Origin: Ferroglobus placidus DSM 10642
Lineage (GTDB): Archaea; Halobacteriota; Archaeoglobi; Archaeoglobales; Archaeoglobaceae
NCBI RefSeq assembly: GCF_000025505.1
Contig: NC_013849.1
Coordinates: 750,001-782,000 of the forward strand
Direction: 5' to 3'
Length of the DNA: 32,000 bases
In this document: piece after piece, positions 7,853 to 17,229 of the stretch
Numbering within the stretch: the first letter of the stretch is position 1
Layout: the number at the start of each line of letters is the position of its first letter
Program-made: the position numbers and the translations under genes
The notes under the pieces: generated by a model
What the model was told of the DNA's origin: nothing
Databases searched by the model: none
Seen by the model: the letters and a program-made list of their open reading frames with translations, nothing else

Positions 7853-10800
7853 AGAAAGGTTAAAGCCGGTGTTAGAAGAGTTAAGAGAAAAATACGAGAA
7901 AGAATGGAGAAGTGTTGAAGATACTATTTTGAAACATCTTGATGAAGTTAAGGAAACCATCGAGCAGCATTTAAAAAACAATCAGGAAATTGATTTTGAA
8001 ACAGCAAAGAAAATATATGAAAAAATTGAAACAATAGACAACTTAACCAAGCCTTTTCTTCTGTGGATATCTCCTTCAGAAGGAGGATTTGCAAGGGATA
8101 AACATGAGGACACAGAGAAAATAAGAACGAAAATATTGAACAATCAAATAATTAGAGATTTTCTAAATGAAGTTAAAAGCTTAGAGAGTTTAGGGGAGCT
8201 CCAAAGAATTAAAGATAGACTTGAAGAAATTAAAGGAACCGAAGAGATCAAAGGAATAAGCATATCTAATTTAAGCACGTGGATGAGTATCTTCAATCCG
8301 AAAATTTTCATGCCAACATGGGAAAACACAGTAAATAAGCATCTGAGGAATGATCTGGGTTTTAATCGATTCTGGGGTGGTGATTCGGATATTGAAAAAT
8401 TTATTGAGTTTACCAAAACCGTTAGAGAGATTGCTGATGAGGTTGGAATAAATAGCATGTTGGAAGCTGCATTTTATCTAAGCAAGTATGAAAGAAGCAA
8501 TGTTGAAAGTTTTTCAGATTTACTTAAATTACTTAAAGAACTAAAAGATTACTATCATAAAGAATGGAAAGAAGTAGAAAAGCCATTTATGGATAAAATT
8601 GAACAAATAAGGAAATTAATTCTGGAAAAAATTGAAGGCGGTGAAAGATTCAGTGAGGAAGATGTGAATGAAATCCTCAAACTAAGAAACGAAGTTCCTG
8701 AAAATTGTAAATTCTTATTAAGATATTTTGTTAGTGCAGGAGTACCTCCGAAAGAAGTGCTAATTAGACTACTCAACAATAAGAATTTCCAAAATCTGGT
8801 TAAATCGATAAGTCAAAGAAAAGAGGATGAAATAAGGAAGTTCTATAAATTAACCAAAGAAGAAGTAATGTATGTCGGTAACTCATCGTTGAGTACTTGG
8901 CTTGCAGTTTTGAATCCAGAATATTACATGCCTACTTGGGGATGGGAACATCAAAGTGGAACCCTGCCACTTGTATTATATAAGGATGTCAAAGAGCTTA
9001 GGAGTTTTGAGAAATGGTGGACACAAGAACCAGAGAAAATATTTGAGCTGTTTTCTCTTTTGAAGAAAGTTTCAAATGAAGCTGGGATTAATAACATGTT
9101 TGAAACGGCGTTCTATTTAAATAAGTATGAGAGCAGGAATATAAAAGAGAAAAATTACTGGATAGAGATAGGAGGCCCACCCTCAAAAGAATATATAGGT
9201 AAATACCTGTGGGCTCCGAAGGCACCGCAATGGAGATTACTGGAAAATGTTCAGAAAGACGACATTATTTATCATTATGTCACTTCCAAAGGGCCTGAGG
9301 AGTTTGGGGGAAAGTTTGTCGGAAAATCTAAAGCAAAGGAGAAAGCCAAGGAAATTGATAAAGATGAACTTGTCAGAATAATGAGGGAGATTGACGAAAA
9401 TTGGGATAACTTCTTTGAAGGTTGGAGAAATTATGATACCTTCTACTTAGTCGAACTTTACGATTATAACGAATTCAAACAACCGATCTCGAAAGAAGAG
9501 GTTGGATTTAATCCCCCTCAGAAATATTTTGTCAGGGCCCCATCCGAAATTGTAAACAAAATTGAACAGCTGACGTCAACTCAAAAGAAGTCAGAAATCG
9601 ATGAAAAAACAAAAAAGAAAATCGAAACCATTCTCACCTACAAAAAACAACTCATCCTTTACGGCCCTCCTGGCACGGGCAAAACATGGCTTGCAAGAAA
9701 CTATGCAATAGAAGTTGGTCAAGAAAAATACAGGTTTAGAAGAAAAACCCTATTGGGTGTAGAATTTTTCTTTTGGGTTATAAACCCTGAGAGGTGGGAT
9801 TATACACAGCTTGAAGAAGGCAAAGACGTTGAAATGGGGAAAGGAAGATTAAAGAGTGCGTTTGAAAAGATAAACAACGGAGACCTGGTGTTTATATATG
9901 TAGGTAAACAAATAGGAAAGATATACGGAATCGGGAAATATAAATACGATGATTCAAACGAAAAGCCCTACTTATCTGTTTTGAAGCTATTTGAAGGACC
10001 CAGTTTAAACGATTTAAGAGCAATTTTGAAGGACTCGATTCCAATTAAACAAAACCTAAGAGGAACTTTGTTTCCGTTGAAGCCTGAAGAAGGTCTAAAA
10101 CTGCTTGAAGCATCAGGATTAAGTCTGAGTGATTTAAGCCTTGAGGCGGAAGAATACTCTGAAGAGGTAGAGGGTATAAGATTCGTTACTTTCCACCCCT
10201 CTTATTCCTACGAGGAGTTCGTTGAAGGATTAAGGCCAAAAGCGGATGAAGAAGGGGATATTAGGTACGAGATAGAAGATGGAATTTTCAAAACTGTTTG
10301 CAAAGACGCCTTCAATGCCCTTATGAACCATGCCGGCATCGATAAGGTGTGGGAAGATGAATTACCCGAATTAAGCTATGAAGAAAAACAGATTGTTTTA
10401 GGTTCTCTGGAAGATGCTCCAAAATTCTTCCTCGTGATAGATGAGATAAACAGGGGCGACATTTCCAGAATTTTCGGGGAGCTCATAACTCTTATAGAAG
10501 AAGACAAAAGGCTCTTTGCCGAGAACGAGCTGACAGTTACTCTGCCATACTCCAAGGAAAAATTCGGAGTCCCGCCCAACCTCTACATTATAGGCACTAT
10601 GAACACAGCAGACAGAAGCATAGCCCTGATTGACGTAGCCCTGCGCAGGAGGTTTGGTTTTATCGAACTCATGCCGGACTACGAAATTCTCGAAGATAAG
10701 CTCTTGTCAAGGGATGATGAAGCGAGAGATATTAAAGAACTCGCAATCGATGTTTTGAGAAAACTGAACGAAAGAATCAGAAAGAATTACGACAGAGACC

Positions 10801-11060
10801 ATCAAATAGGGCACAGCTACCTTTTAAAGCTTGAAAAAGCCGATACCAAAGATAAAGCAGTTGAAACTCTGCAATTCATCTGGTATCACGAGATACTCCC
10901 GCTGCTGCAGGAGTACTTCTACGACAGTCCGGAGAAGCTTAAGAGAGTCCTCAACGAAGCATTCGTTAGGGTTGAAGAGAATAGCTTCGACTTTGAGTAC
11001 CTTGAAGGTGAAAGATTTGTTGAAGAGCTGAGAAAAGTTGCCGAACAGGAGCAGCAATGA
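7845..11060 (+). CDS. mcrB: McrB-like AAA+ GTPase subunit with N-terminal duplicated module, PUA-like segment and an EVE-like domain inserted in the AAA+ core
   Basis: Walker [17 protein letters not shown]; [16 protein letters not shown]; Walker [24 protein letters not shown]; McrB signature [23 protein letters not shown] ggaggt at 7832-7837 precedes ATG at 7845. Confidence 0.9.
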   Translation: MNKERLKPVLEELREKYEKEWRSVEDTILKHLDEVKETIEQHLKNNQEIDFETAKKIYEKIETIDNLTKPFLLWISPSEGGFARDKHEDTEKIRTKILNNQIIRDFLNEVKSLESLGELQRIKDRLEEIKGTEEIKGISISNLSTWMSIFNPKIFMPTWENTVNKHLRNDLGFNRFWGGDSDIEKFIEFTKTVREIADEVGINSMLEAAFYLSKYERSNVESFSDLLKLLKELKDYYHKEWKEVEKPFMDKIEQIRKLILEKIEGGERFSEEDVNEILKLRNEVPENCKFLLRYFVSAGVPPKEVLIRLLNNKNFQNLVKSISQRKEDEIRKFYKLTKEEVMYVGNSSLSTWLAVLNPEYYMPTWGWEHQSGTLPLVLYKDVKELRSFEKWWTQEPEKIFELFSLLKKVSNEAGINNMFETAFYLNKYESRNIKEKNYWIEIGGPPSKEYIGKYLWAPKAPQWRLLENVQKDDIIYHYVTSKGPEEFGGKFVGKSKAKEKAKEIDKDELVRIMREIDENWDNFFEGWRNYDTFYLVELYDYNEFKQPISKEEVGFNPPQKYFVRAPSEIVNKIEQLTSTQKKSEIDEKTKKKIETILTYKKQLILYGPPGTGKTWLARNYAIEVGQEKYRFRRKTLLGVEFFFWVINPERWDYTQLEEGKDVEMGKGRLKSAFEKINNGDLVFIYVGKQIGKIYGIGKYKYDDSNEKPYLSVLKLFEGPSLNDLRAILKDSIPIKQNLRGTLFPLKPEEGLKLLEASGLSLSDLSLEAEEYSEEVEGIRFVTFHPSYSYEEFVEGLRPKADEEGDIRYEIEDGIFKTVCKDAFNALMNHAGIDKVWEDELPELSYEEKQIVLGSLEDAPKFFLVIDEINRGDISRIFGELITLIEEDKRLFAENELTVTLPYSKEKFGVPPNLYIIGTMNTADRSIALIDVALRRRFGFIELMPDYEILEDKLLSRDDEARDIKELAIDVLRKLNERIRKNYDRDHQIGHSYLLKLEKADTKDKAVETLQFIWYHEILPLLQEYFYDSPEKLKRVLNEAFVRVEENSFDFEYLEGERFVEELRKVAEQEQQ
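9747..10110 (+). other. EVE/PUA-like domain nested within the McrB-like AAA+ module (approximate bounds)
   Basis: [29 protein letters not shown]...[28 protein letters not shown]...[25 protein letters not shown]-like text between Walker A (9663-9686) and [14 protein letters not shown] (about 10178). Confidence 0.7.
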
Positions 11061-12337
11061 AAACCTATTCAACCTTTGAGTATTCGGAAGTGGAGTACAG
11101 AATAACTGACGATGGAGAGGAAAGAGTAGAGAATAATGTACTCTACCTCAAAGAGAAATCTGTTGAATATCTGGAGAAACTGAACGTAGCTCAGGTTCTG
11201 AGAAACAAAATAAAATTCCAGAACTACGCTGGAGTCATTTCTTTCGAAGATATCAGGCTGGAAATTCTCCCAAAATTTCTCAGGACGGATAAGAAGCTGG
11301 TAAAACCAGAAGAAATTGATGAAAAGAGAGAGAAAATCTTGCAAAATCTCGTTAGAATGCTTGAATATTCGGGATGGGAAGGAATTAAGGAAACCGACCT
11401 CACACAAATCGGGACGGAGAAGGATTTCTTTGAAATCTACGTTTTCCTCTTTGCAAAAAACCTTGCAGAGCTTCTCAAGGTAAACAGGGATGCATCTTAC
11501 GTCCGAACTTACGACGAACTCAGATTCGTAAGGGGGAAGATAGAATTCAGGAAGTACTGGAATCCAGCAAGACTTCATATAATTCCATGCAGCTACTATG
11601 AGAGGAACATGAACACACCAATCAACCGCACCCTGAAATTCGTCTCGTATCTTCTTTTAAAGAAAGTTGAAAGCTCTGAAACGAGAAGGTTGCTTAAAAG
11701 CGTGATATCTGTATTAGACTCAGTCACTTTGTCCCCAGTAACTCTGGCAGAGGTCGAGAAAATCACCTTCAACAGGCTTAATTCACGCTTCATTCCGTTC
11801 ATAGACTTTTGCAGAGCTTTTTTGAGAGACTCAGTTTTCTCGCTTCAGGGCTCGGATGTAGAGTTCTTCTCATTCCTAATACCGATGGAGACATTGTTCG
11901 AAAGATTCGTGGCGAAAGCCGTAAAAGAGTTATATAAGGGCACAGAATGGAAACCACATATCCAAGAAACATTTGGTTATCTAGTACCCAAAGAGAAACT
12001 TTTCCAGCTACAGCCGGATATAGTTCTCGAAAATGGGGGAGAAAGGGTGATAGTAGATACAAAATACAAGATCCTGGACCCAGAGGACAGAAAGCTCGGT
12101 GTTTCTCAGCAGGACCTTTACCAGATGTACGCATACTGCAAAGAGCTTGGATCCAGTAAATGTGTACTTATATACCCCGAAAGTCTGAATGGCAAGATAG
12201 ATGGAGAATTTAAACTTGGAAGCAAGGAAAAGATCGATTTGAAGGTAAAAACAATATCTCTCGAAAACCCATTTGATAACGGCAAACTTTCGGAGAATTT
12301 TAAGGAAAGTTTGAGGAACGCTATAGGATTACTCTAA
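11057..12337 (+). CDS. mcrC: McrC-like PD-(D/E)XK nuclease subunit
   Basis: 4-nt ATGA overlap with mcrB; [33 protein letters not shown], nuclease core [23 protein letters not shown] followed by [11 protein letters not shown]. Confidence 0.92.
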   Translation: MKTYSTFEYSEVEYRITDDGEERVENNVLYLKEKSVEYLEKLNVAQVLRNKIKFQNYAGVISFEDIRLEILPKFLRTDKKLVKPEEIDEKREKILQNLVRMLEYSGWEGIKETDLTQIGTEKDFFEIYVFLFAKNLAELLKVNRDASYVRTYDELRFVRGKIEFRKYWNPARLHIIPCSYYERNMNTPINRTLKFVSYLLLKKVESSETRRLLKSVISVLDSVTLSPVTLAEVEKITFNRLNSRFIPFIDFCRAFLRDSVFSLQGSDVEFFSFLIPMETLFERFVAKAVKELYKGTEWKPHIQETFGYLVPKEKLFQLQPDIVLENGGERVIVDTKYKILDPEDRKLGVSQQDLYQMYAYCKELGSSKCVLIYPESLNGKIDGEFKLGSKEKIDLKVKTISLENPFDNGKLSENFKESLRNAIGLL

Positions 12338-12723
12338 TCTTACATCTGACTTAGTTAAACAAAAAACTTAAGTATAACAAATCTAATCAACTATTAATGT
12401 CCCAAAAGGCTTACATAACCCTCCTCGGCCGCTCTGGCTGGGCGCTTATTTTAAAGGTTTAACTGTCATTGTGGTTTGCAGAGGTCTGAGAGGTCTCTCT
12501 GGGGAAAAAGAGTTAAAAGGAGTCTAATCTTCTACGATAAAGCTGAATTTGCTTATAACGTCTCAAACAAATAGGAAGTGGGTTTATCCTTCGTTATTTT
12601 AGCAATTCCGTAAGAAATTTTAATAGCTAAATTATAATCGGATTTCTCGCAAACGAGCTGAAATGATAAAGTATTTCAAAAAGTCAACGAAACTGCTTTA
12701 AATAATCAAACTAATAAAAGATC

Positions 12724-13041
12724 GTGAACGAACCCGTGGAAATCGTCGACCTTCTAAAGAGAATTCTCGACGTTTTGGAGAGGATAGAGAAGAAAATCAG
12801 CAACAACGGTGAGGAGGAAAAAATCAAATTCGACCCATTCACACTTCTCGAACTTCCGGACAATTTAAGATCTACCGCTATGGCGCTGATAAAGCTTGGC
12901 AGAGGGACAGCCTCTGACGTGGCGAAGATAACGGGAAGAGGAAGAGCCATAGAAAGTCATTATCTAAACACCCTCGTTAAGATGGGTTACGCGAAAAAGA
13001 GGAGAGAGGGAAGGAGAGTTATCTATGAGATCCGAGGTTAA
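12724..13041 (+). CDS. Winged-helix/helix-turn-helix DNA-binding protein (GTG start)
   Basis: LRSTAMALIKLGRGTASDVAKITGRGRAIESHYLNTLVKMGYAKKRREGRRVIYEIRG is an archaeal wHTH pattern. Confidence 0.8.
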   Translation: MNEPVEIVDLLKRILDVLERIEKKISNNGEEEKIKFDPFTLLELPDNLRSTAMALIKLGRGTASDVAKITGRGRAIESHYLNTLVKMGYAKKRREGRRVIYEIRG

Positions 13042-14074
13042 CGGTGCGCTCCTTACCTTCTCCTACGGTTCCTTTTTGCTAACCTACCCAAACTTTGGTC
13101 CTATTTCGATTAAGATTGTAGAAGCGTTGAATGCAAATCCCTACGAGTTTTTTTCCTGTTTTTACCTTTCTCACGTACTTGGGATAGCTTTTTCATCGAT
13201 TTTTCTCGATAGAGTTGAAAAGCGAATAAGGTTACTCAAAGTAACAATTCCAGTTTTAATTTCATCGGCATTTCTGACAATTTTCAACCACTTGGCAATT
13301 TTTGCAATCGGTTTTACAATGGGTGTATTTATTGTAATCCTCGGCAGTTACTTCGCCCGCTTCATAAAACCTTGGAGAAGAGGTAAAACTTTTGCTTTTG
13401 GCGCTTTCATGTCCAACGTTTACCTTTTCCTTTTAACCAAGCTAACGTTCCTCAACCTCCCAGTTCTCGTTCTCTTGTCCATCCTTCCGTTGCTGCTCGT
13501 ATTCACTATACCCAACGAGAACTTCGAGCTAAGATCCTCCAAAATAAATGGAAAATTCGTTTATTTCTCTTTGCCGGTTTTCGTTTTCTACTTCGTTGGA
13601 GGAGTGATGTACGGAATTATGGAAAAAGCCTTCAGAGAGGCTGGAATATCAACGCACGTACTCTTTTACGCTACGTTAGTAATTCTCGCGGGAATCGTGT
13701 ACGACAAAGTTGATAGGAAAATTGTTGCAATCGCTGGACTAATCGCTTTATCCGCCTCGCTCCTTCTCTTTCCCTCTTCGCTCGTTTACTCTGCTCACCT
13801 TATCCAGTCTTCATACGCTTTCGTGGACGTCTTTGCAATGATGATCTGGGCGGATATAAGCAGGGTTGGCAGCGAAGCGAAACAGTACGGAATTGGAATG
13901 CTTTCGATAACACTTCCGATATACTTGGGATTTCTCCTTTCCGAATCGTTTTCGTTCCAGCTGAGTACGACGATAATGATCGTCCTCCTCGTTCTTTCAG
14001 CCTTCTTACTCGGCTCCGTGGAGGAGCCGGCAACAACTCCTGAAGAATACCTGAGGTGGTTGGCAAGGAGGTAA
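13025..14074 (+). CDS. Polytopic membrane protein, major-facilitator-like
   Basis: About 10-12 hydrophobic segments; FYLSHVLGIAFSSIFLDRVEKRIRLLKVTIPVLISSAFLTIFNHLAIFAIGFTMG resembles MFS helices 2-4. Overlaps the HTH gene by 17 nt. Confidence 0.6.
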   Translation: MRSEVNGALLTFSYGSFLLTYPNFGPISIKIVEALNANPYEFFSCFYLSHVLGIAFSSIFLDRVEKRIRLLKVTIPVLISSAFLTIFNHLAIFAIGFTMGVFIVILGSYFARFIKPWRRGKTFAFGAFMSNVYLFLLTKLTFLNLPVLVLLSILPLLLVFTIPNENFELRSSKINGKFVYFSLPVFVFYFVGGVMYGIMEKAFREAGISTHVLFYATLVILAGIVYDKVDRKIVAIAGLIALSASLLLFPSSLVYSAHLIQSSYAFVDVFAMMIWADISRVGSEAKQYGIGMLSITLPIYLGFLLSESFSFQLSTTIMIVLLVLSAFLLGSVEEPATTPEEYLRWLARR

Positions 14075-14079
14075 TTTAA

Positions 14080-14772
14080 ATGATAATCGGCTTGCACTCG
14101 TTTAAAGGTGGAAGCGGAAAAACGTTCGTTGCAACAAATTTGGGATACAAGCTGTCTGAAAAGGGAAGAAAGGTTTGCGTCATCGAACTCGACATGAAAG
14201 CTCCGAGCTTGCATTCTTTTTTCGAAACGGAAAAGTTCGTAAATGAGCTGCTGACGAAAAAAGCGTCAGCGAGAGATTACCTTAACGAAGTGAAGGAAAA
14301 TCTCAGCGTGATCGTTGCTTCTCCTTCCCTTCAGGAGATCAAAAGGGATTTGATGAGGAGTGATGTTGAAAGCTTGAAAATTCTGAAAAGATTGCAGGAA
14401 GTTCTGGCTGAGCTGAAATCCATGAACTTTGATTTTATTATACTCGATAACCCTCCCGGGTTAAGCTACATGAGCGTGAACTCGATGCTCGTAAGCGATA
14501 TTATATTTTTCGTTTCACGAGCCGAAAAGGATGATTTGGCGGGATTGAACATTCTTTACGAGGTCTCGAAAAACGTTGAAAAGCAGAAGTATGTAATTTT
14601 GAACAGAATCACGGAAAGAACAAAAAATATCAGGTTGAGCTATCCGGTTGCTGCAAAAATACCTTGCAGCTGCGAAATCACTGACGAGCCGTTTTTCGTT
14701 GAAACCTTTAAAGAGCATGAGGTTTCGAGGGCTTTCGACGAATTAGCTGAAAAAATTCTTGGATTGCGGTAA
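14080..14772 (+). CDS. ParA/MinD-family P-loop ATPase
   Basis: MIIGLHSFKGGSGKTFVATNLGYKLSEKGRKVCVIELDMKAPSL; deviant Walker A KGGSGKT; FDFIILDNPPGLSYMSVNSMLVSD. Confidence 0.88.
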   Translation: MIIGLHSFKGGSGKTFVATNLGYKLSEKGRKVCVIELDMKAPSLHSFFETEKFVNELLTKKASARDYLNEVKENLSVIVASPSLQEIKRDLMRSDVESLKILKRLQEVLAELKSMNFDFIILDNPPGLSYMSVNSMLVSDIIFFVSRAEKDDLAGLNILYEVSKNVEKQKYVILNRITERTKNIRLSYPVAAKIPCSCEITDEPFFVETFKEHEVSRAFDELAEKILGLR

Positions 14773-14821
14773 ATTCCAGCACTTGTTTTCCAATTTCTGT
14801 TTTTTGATTTTACTTCTGTCA

Positions 14822-14838
14822 AGCTGAACTGCTCAGCT
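14822..14838. terminator. Small hairpin after the MinD-like gene, possible terminator
   Basis: AGCTGA-ACTGC-TCAGCT, perfect 6-bp stem with 5-nt loop, followed by attttatgttt. Confidence 0.3.
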
Positions 14839-14920
14839 ATTTTATGTTTAATTGTTGAATAACAAAACATTTATATTTGATAGTTGCATCAACTTCTCTT
14901 TGAAAGAAAGAGGTGCTTCG

Positions 14921-15040
14921 ATGAGCTCGTCGCAAAGAGTTCCGAGCAGAGATGGTTTTGATTTCTTTTTCGGAGTTAGCAAGCTCAATGGAGTTGAGTC
15001 ACGTATTGGGCAGAGGGGTGGTAAAATTGAGGGCTGTTAG
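14921..15040 (+). CDS. Possible 39-aa small ORF
   Basis: TATA-like acatttatattt at about 14864-14875, gaaagaaagaggtg RBS-like tract, then ATG: MSSSQRVPSRDGFDFFFGVSKLNGVESRIGQRGGKIEGC. Confidence 0.3.
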   Translation: MSSSQRVPSRDGFDFFFGVSKLNGVESRIGQRGGKIEGC

Positions 15041-15116
15041 GTTTCTGTTTGCGGTTTTACTGCTGGAGATGGTAAGCGGAACAAAGGTAAAAACAAAGGT
15101 AAAAATGAGAGAGTAA
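14988..15116 (+). CDS. Possible 42-aa small ORF with signal-peptide-like core, overlapping the previous one
   Basis: ATG at 14988: MELSHVLGRGVVKLRAVRFLFAVLLLEMVSGTKVKTKVKMRE, stop at 15114-15116. Confidence 0.25.
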   Translation: MELSHVLGRGVVKLRAVRFLFAVLLLEMVSGTKVKTKVKMRE

Positions 15117-15161
15117 CCAAATCCAAAATTTTGCAGGCAGAATGGCGAAAAGCTTTAGGAA

Positions 15162-15854
15162 TTACAGCTTCACCCTCCTCCTAACGAGCTGATTTCTCTC
15201 CGAAATTTTTTCGAGAAACTTCTCGAAGCTGTCGAAGTCTGCAACTTTTTCTTTTAAAAATACCCCAGTTCTACCTATCTCTCTCCTCCTCTCCAGAACC
15301 CTAATTCTTTCTTCAACTATGTCCACGCCAACTCCGAGAATCTTTGCAACTTCACTTTTATCGAGTTCGTTAATCGGAATTTCCACGTGCCCAAAGCTCT
15401 CGGGAATTATCAGCACGAGCCTCTTATCAACTCCGCAAACCCTCTTGTCATTTCTTAATTCGTCGAGTGTTATTGCACCTCCAAATTTGTAGAAATCCAG
15501 CTCTCTGTCCTTCATCTTCGCAAGGGGAAAGCTGACGTTGGCATTAGCCAGTACGAACTCCCCTTTAACGACGTGATTTGGCGTGGCTTGAATTATCCTC
15601 TTCTCCAAAATTTCGAAATCCGAAAGAGCGAGTTCTATCTTGAAGGAGGGGATTTGAAGGGGGATGAAAATGTCGACGTCGCTGCTTTCCTTAACGTCAC
15701 CCCTCGCTACGCTTCCGTACAAAATCGAAGGAATTCCGAAATCCTCGAGAGTTTCCATTAACTCCTTCGCAATTTTTCTCTTCTCTTTTAAAAGATTCCA
15801 GTGATTTTCGTCGTATTTTACAACCCTCCTTTCCCCGTAAGTTGCGACTTTCAT
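15162..15854 (-). CDS. Nucleotidyltransferase-domain protein (Pol-beta-like fold)
   Basis: YGSVARGDVKESSDVDIFI contains the GS(x)nDxD motif. Start MKVATYGERRVVK at 15854 forms an ATGA overlap with the cutA stop. Confidence 0.8.
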   Translation of the reverse strand: MKVATYGERRVVKYDENHWNLLKEKRKIAKELMETLEDFGIPSILYGSVARGDVKESSDVDIFIPLQIPSFKIELALSDFEILEKRIIQATPNHVVKGEFVLANANVSFPLAKMKDRELDFYKFGGAITLDELRNDKRVCGVDKRLVLIIPESFGHVEIPINELDKSEVAKILGVGVDIVEERIRVLERRREIGRTGVFLKEKVADFDSFEKFLEKISERNQLVRRRVKL

Positions 15855-16159
15855 TCTACCGTTTCGTCTATCCAGTCCAAGTACTTCCTGTCCCCCTCCT
15901 CTACGTTCAAAGCGCATATGCATGGAGTTGTGTAGCTGTGGATTTTCTTTATCTCCTCCCTAACCTCAGAGAACTTTTCAGCTTTCGTCTTTACTATCAT
16001 CGCATACTCCTCATCTCGCTGAATTTCCCCTTCCCACCAGTACATCGACTCTATCTTCCAGAAATTAACGCAAGCGGCAAGCTTCTTTTCGAGGAGGTGC
16101 TTTGCTATTTTTTCAGCTTCCTCCTTGGAAGAGGCTGTTACGTAGATAAAGTAGTACAT
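15851..16159 (-). CDS. cutA: CutA1-family divalent cation tolerance protein
   Basis: MYYFIYVTASSKEEAEKIAKHLLEKKLAACVNFWKIESMYWWEGEIQRDEEYAMIVKTK...IHSYTTPCICALNVEEGDRKYLDWIDE is a canonical CutA1 sequence. Confidence 0.96.
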   Translation of the reverse strand: MYYFIYVTASSKEEAEKIAKHLLEKKLAACVNFWKIESMYWWEGEIQRDEEYAMIVKTKAEKFSEVREEIKKIHSYTTPCICALNVEEGDRKYLDWIDETVE

Positions 16160-16195
16160 GAAATTCGTTAAACTAAACAGATATAAATTTTTACC

Positions 16196-16843
16196 TCAAG
16201 AATAGAAGTCTTCCAGTTTCTTTCTGGCTCTTCGGAGCGCATCTTTTCCAACAAGCTTTTCAGCATACTCATCTGCAGCTTTCTCAATTTCGTTCTCGGG
16301 AATGTGGAGGAAAGTTAAAAACTTAACAGCCTTAAGCGAAAACAGTTTGTTTTGCATGGCATGGAATTTTTCGTGGTATATAACAGCCGAAAGCTCGTCC
16401 TCTTCAAGTAACTCGAGCAAACCCTCGCTTACAAAAACATCTCTTCCTACCGTGAATGCTTTGGGAAGAAGAGTGTTCAGCACGTAAATTCTTTTTAAAT
16501 CGTGTTTTTTCGCAAGCTCGTCATCAGTTCTAAAGCCGTACATCTTTCCCAAGTACAGCTTGTAAGCTTTTGGAAAGCTGAAAAGGAGAATTCCGAACGT
16601 CAAAGCGTAGAGAGCGTAGTACTTCATAAACCAAAACATGTCGCAGGACATTGAGAAGTAAACTACCGGAAGATTGACCGCTACAAAAGCGTTTGCGAAT
16701 ACGTAAAACTTCACTTTGAGAATCGAATCCCTCGAAAGCAAGTATCCTAAAGTAGCAACAGCGACACCTAAGCTGAAAACAAAAAAAGCTTTACCGAAGT
16801 TAGAGTTTGCAAGGCAGTAAAACGCGCAGGCTATTGAATTCAC
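16196..16843 (-). CDS. Integral-membrane M48/M56 (BlaR1-like) zinc metalloprotease
   Basis: Three or more TM segments, then FVSEGLLELLEEDELSAVIYHEKFHAMQNKLFSLK with HExxH (HEKFH) and downstream ENEIEKAADEYAEKLVG. Confidence 0.8.
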   Translation of the reverse strand: MNSIACAFYCLANSNFGKAFFVFSLGVAVATLGYLLSRDSILKVKFYVFANAFVAVNLPVVYFSMSCDMFWFMKYYALYALTFGILLFSFPKAYKLYLGKMYGFRTDDELAKKHDLKRIYVLNTLLPKAFTVGRDVFVSEGLLELLEEDELSAVIYHEKFHAMQNKLFSLKAVKFLTFLHIPENEIEKAADEYAEKLVGKDALRRARKKLEDFYS

Positions 16844-17193
16844 TTCTTTTCCACCTTCCTGTGGAAGTAGTCCACAACAACATCTCCAAACTTATCGATT
16901 AACTTGTCGAGAATGCTTTGAACGAAATTAACCTCCACATCCTTCTTGCTTACAGCCGGATAAAACACGAACTTTCTTCTCCCTTCAACGCTCTTCTTCT
17001 CCTTCTTCACGAATCCGTTTTTCTCAAGCCTGTCGAGAGTGGCGGCAACACTCGACATCGACGCGTTTACACCTTTAGCGATCTCCGAAAGAGTAGCTTC
17101 CTTTTTCTCCCACAGAAACTCCATTATTTTTTCTTCGAGGGGAGAGAATATCCTCAGCTCTTCGCCTAATTCGATTCTCTCTTTTTTGACCAT
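16840..17193 (-). CDS. BlaI/MecI-family winged-helix repressor
   Basis: LSPLEEKIMEFLWEKKEATLSEIAKGVNASMSSVAATLDRLEKNGFVKKEKKSVEGRRKFVFYPAVSKKD; 4-nt overlap with the protease gene. TATA-like cttttatacc upstream. Confidence 0.85.
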   Translation of the reverse strand: MVKKERIELGEELRIFSPLEEKIMEFLWEKKEATLSEIAKGVNASMSSVAATLDRLEKNGFVKKEKKSVEGRRKFVFYPAVSKKDVEVNFVQSILDKLIDKFGDVVVDYFHRKVEKK

Positions 17194-17229
17194 TAAGCTA
17201 AATTTTATTCATCAGGTATAAAAGTGTTT

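Noticed and set aside
11799-12159. Minus- and plus-strand ORFs over the 3' part of mcrC
   Set aside because: Both overlap the nuclease-motif-containing mcrC frame and have no recognisable domain.
6924-12723. tRNA-Asp as an integrated-element attachment site with a matching direct repeat
   Set aside because: I looked for a second copy of the tRNA 3' end (cgggttcaaatcccgacccgggc) in the interval downstream of mcrC and saw none, and no integrase or transposase gene is present. The island position is suggestive only.
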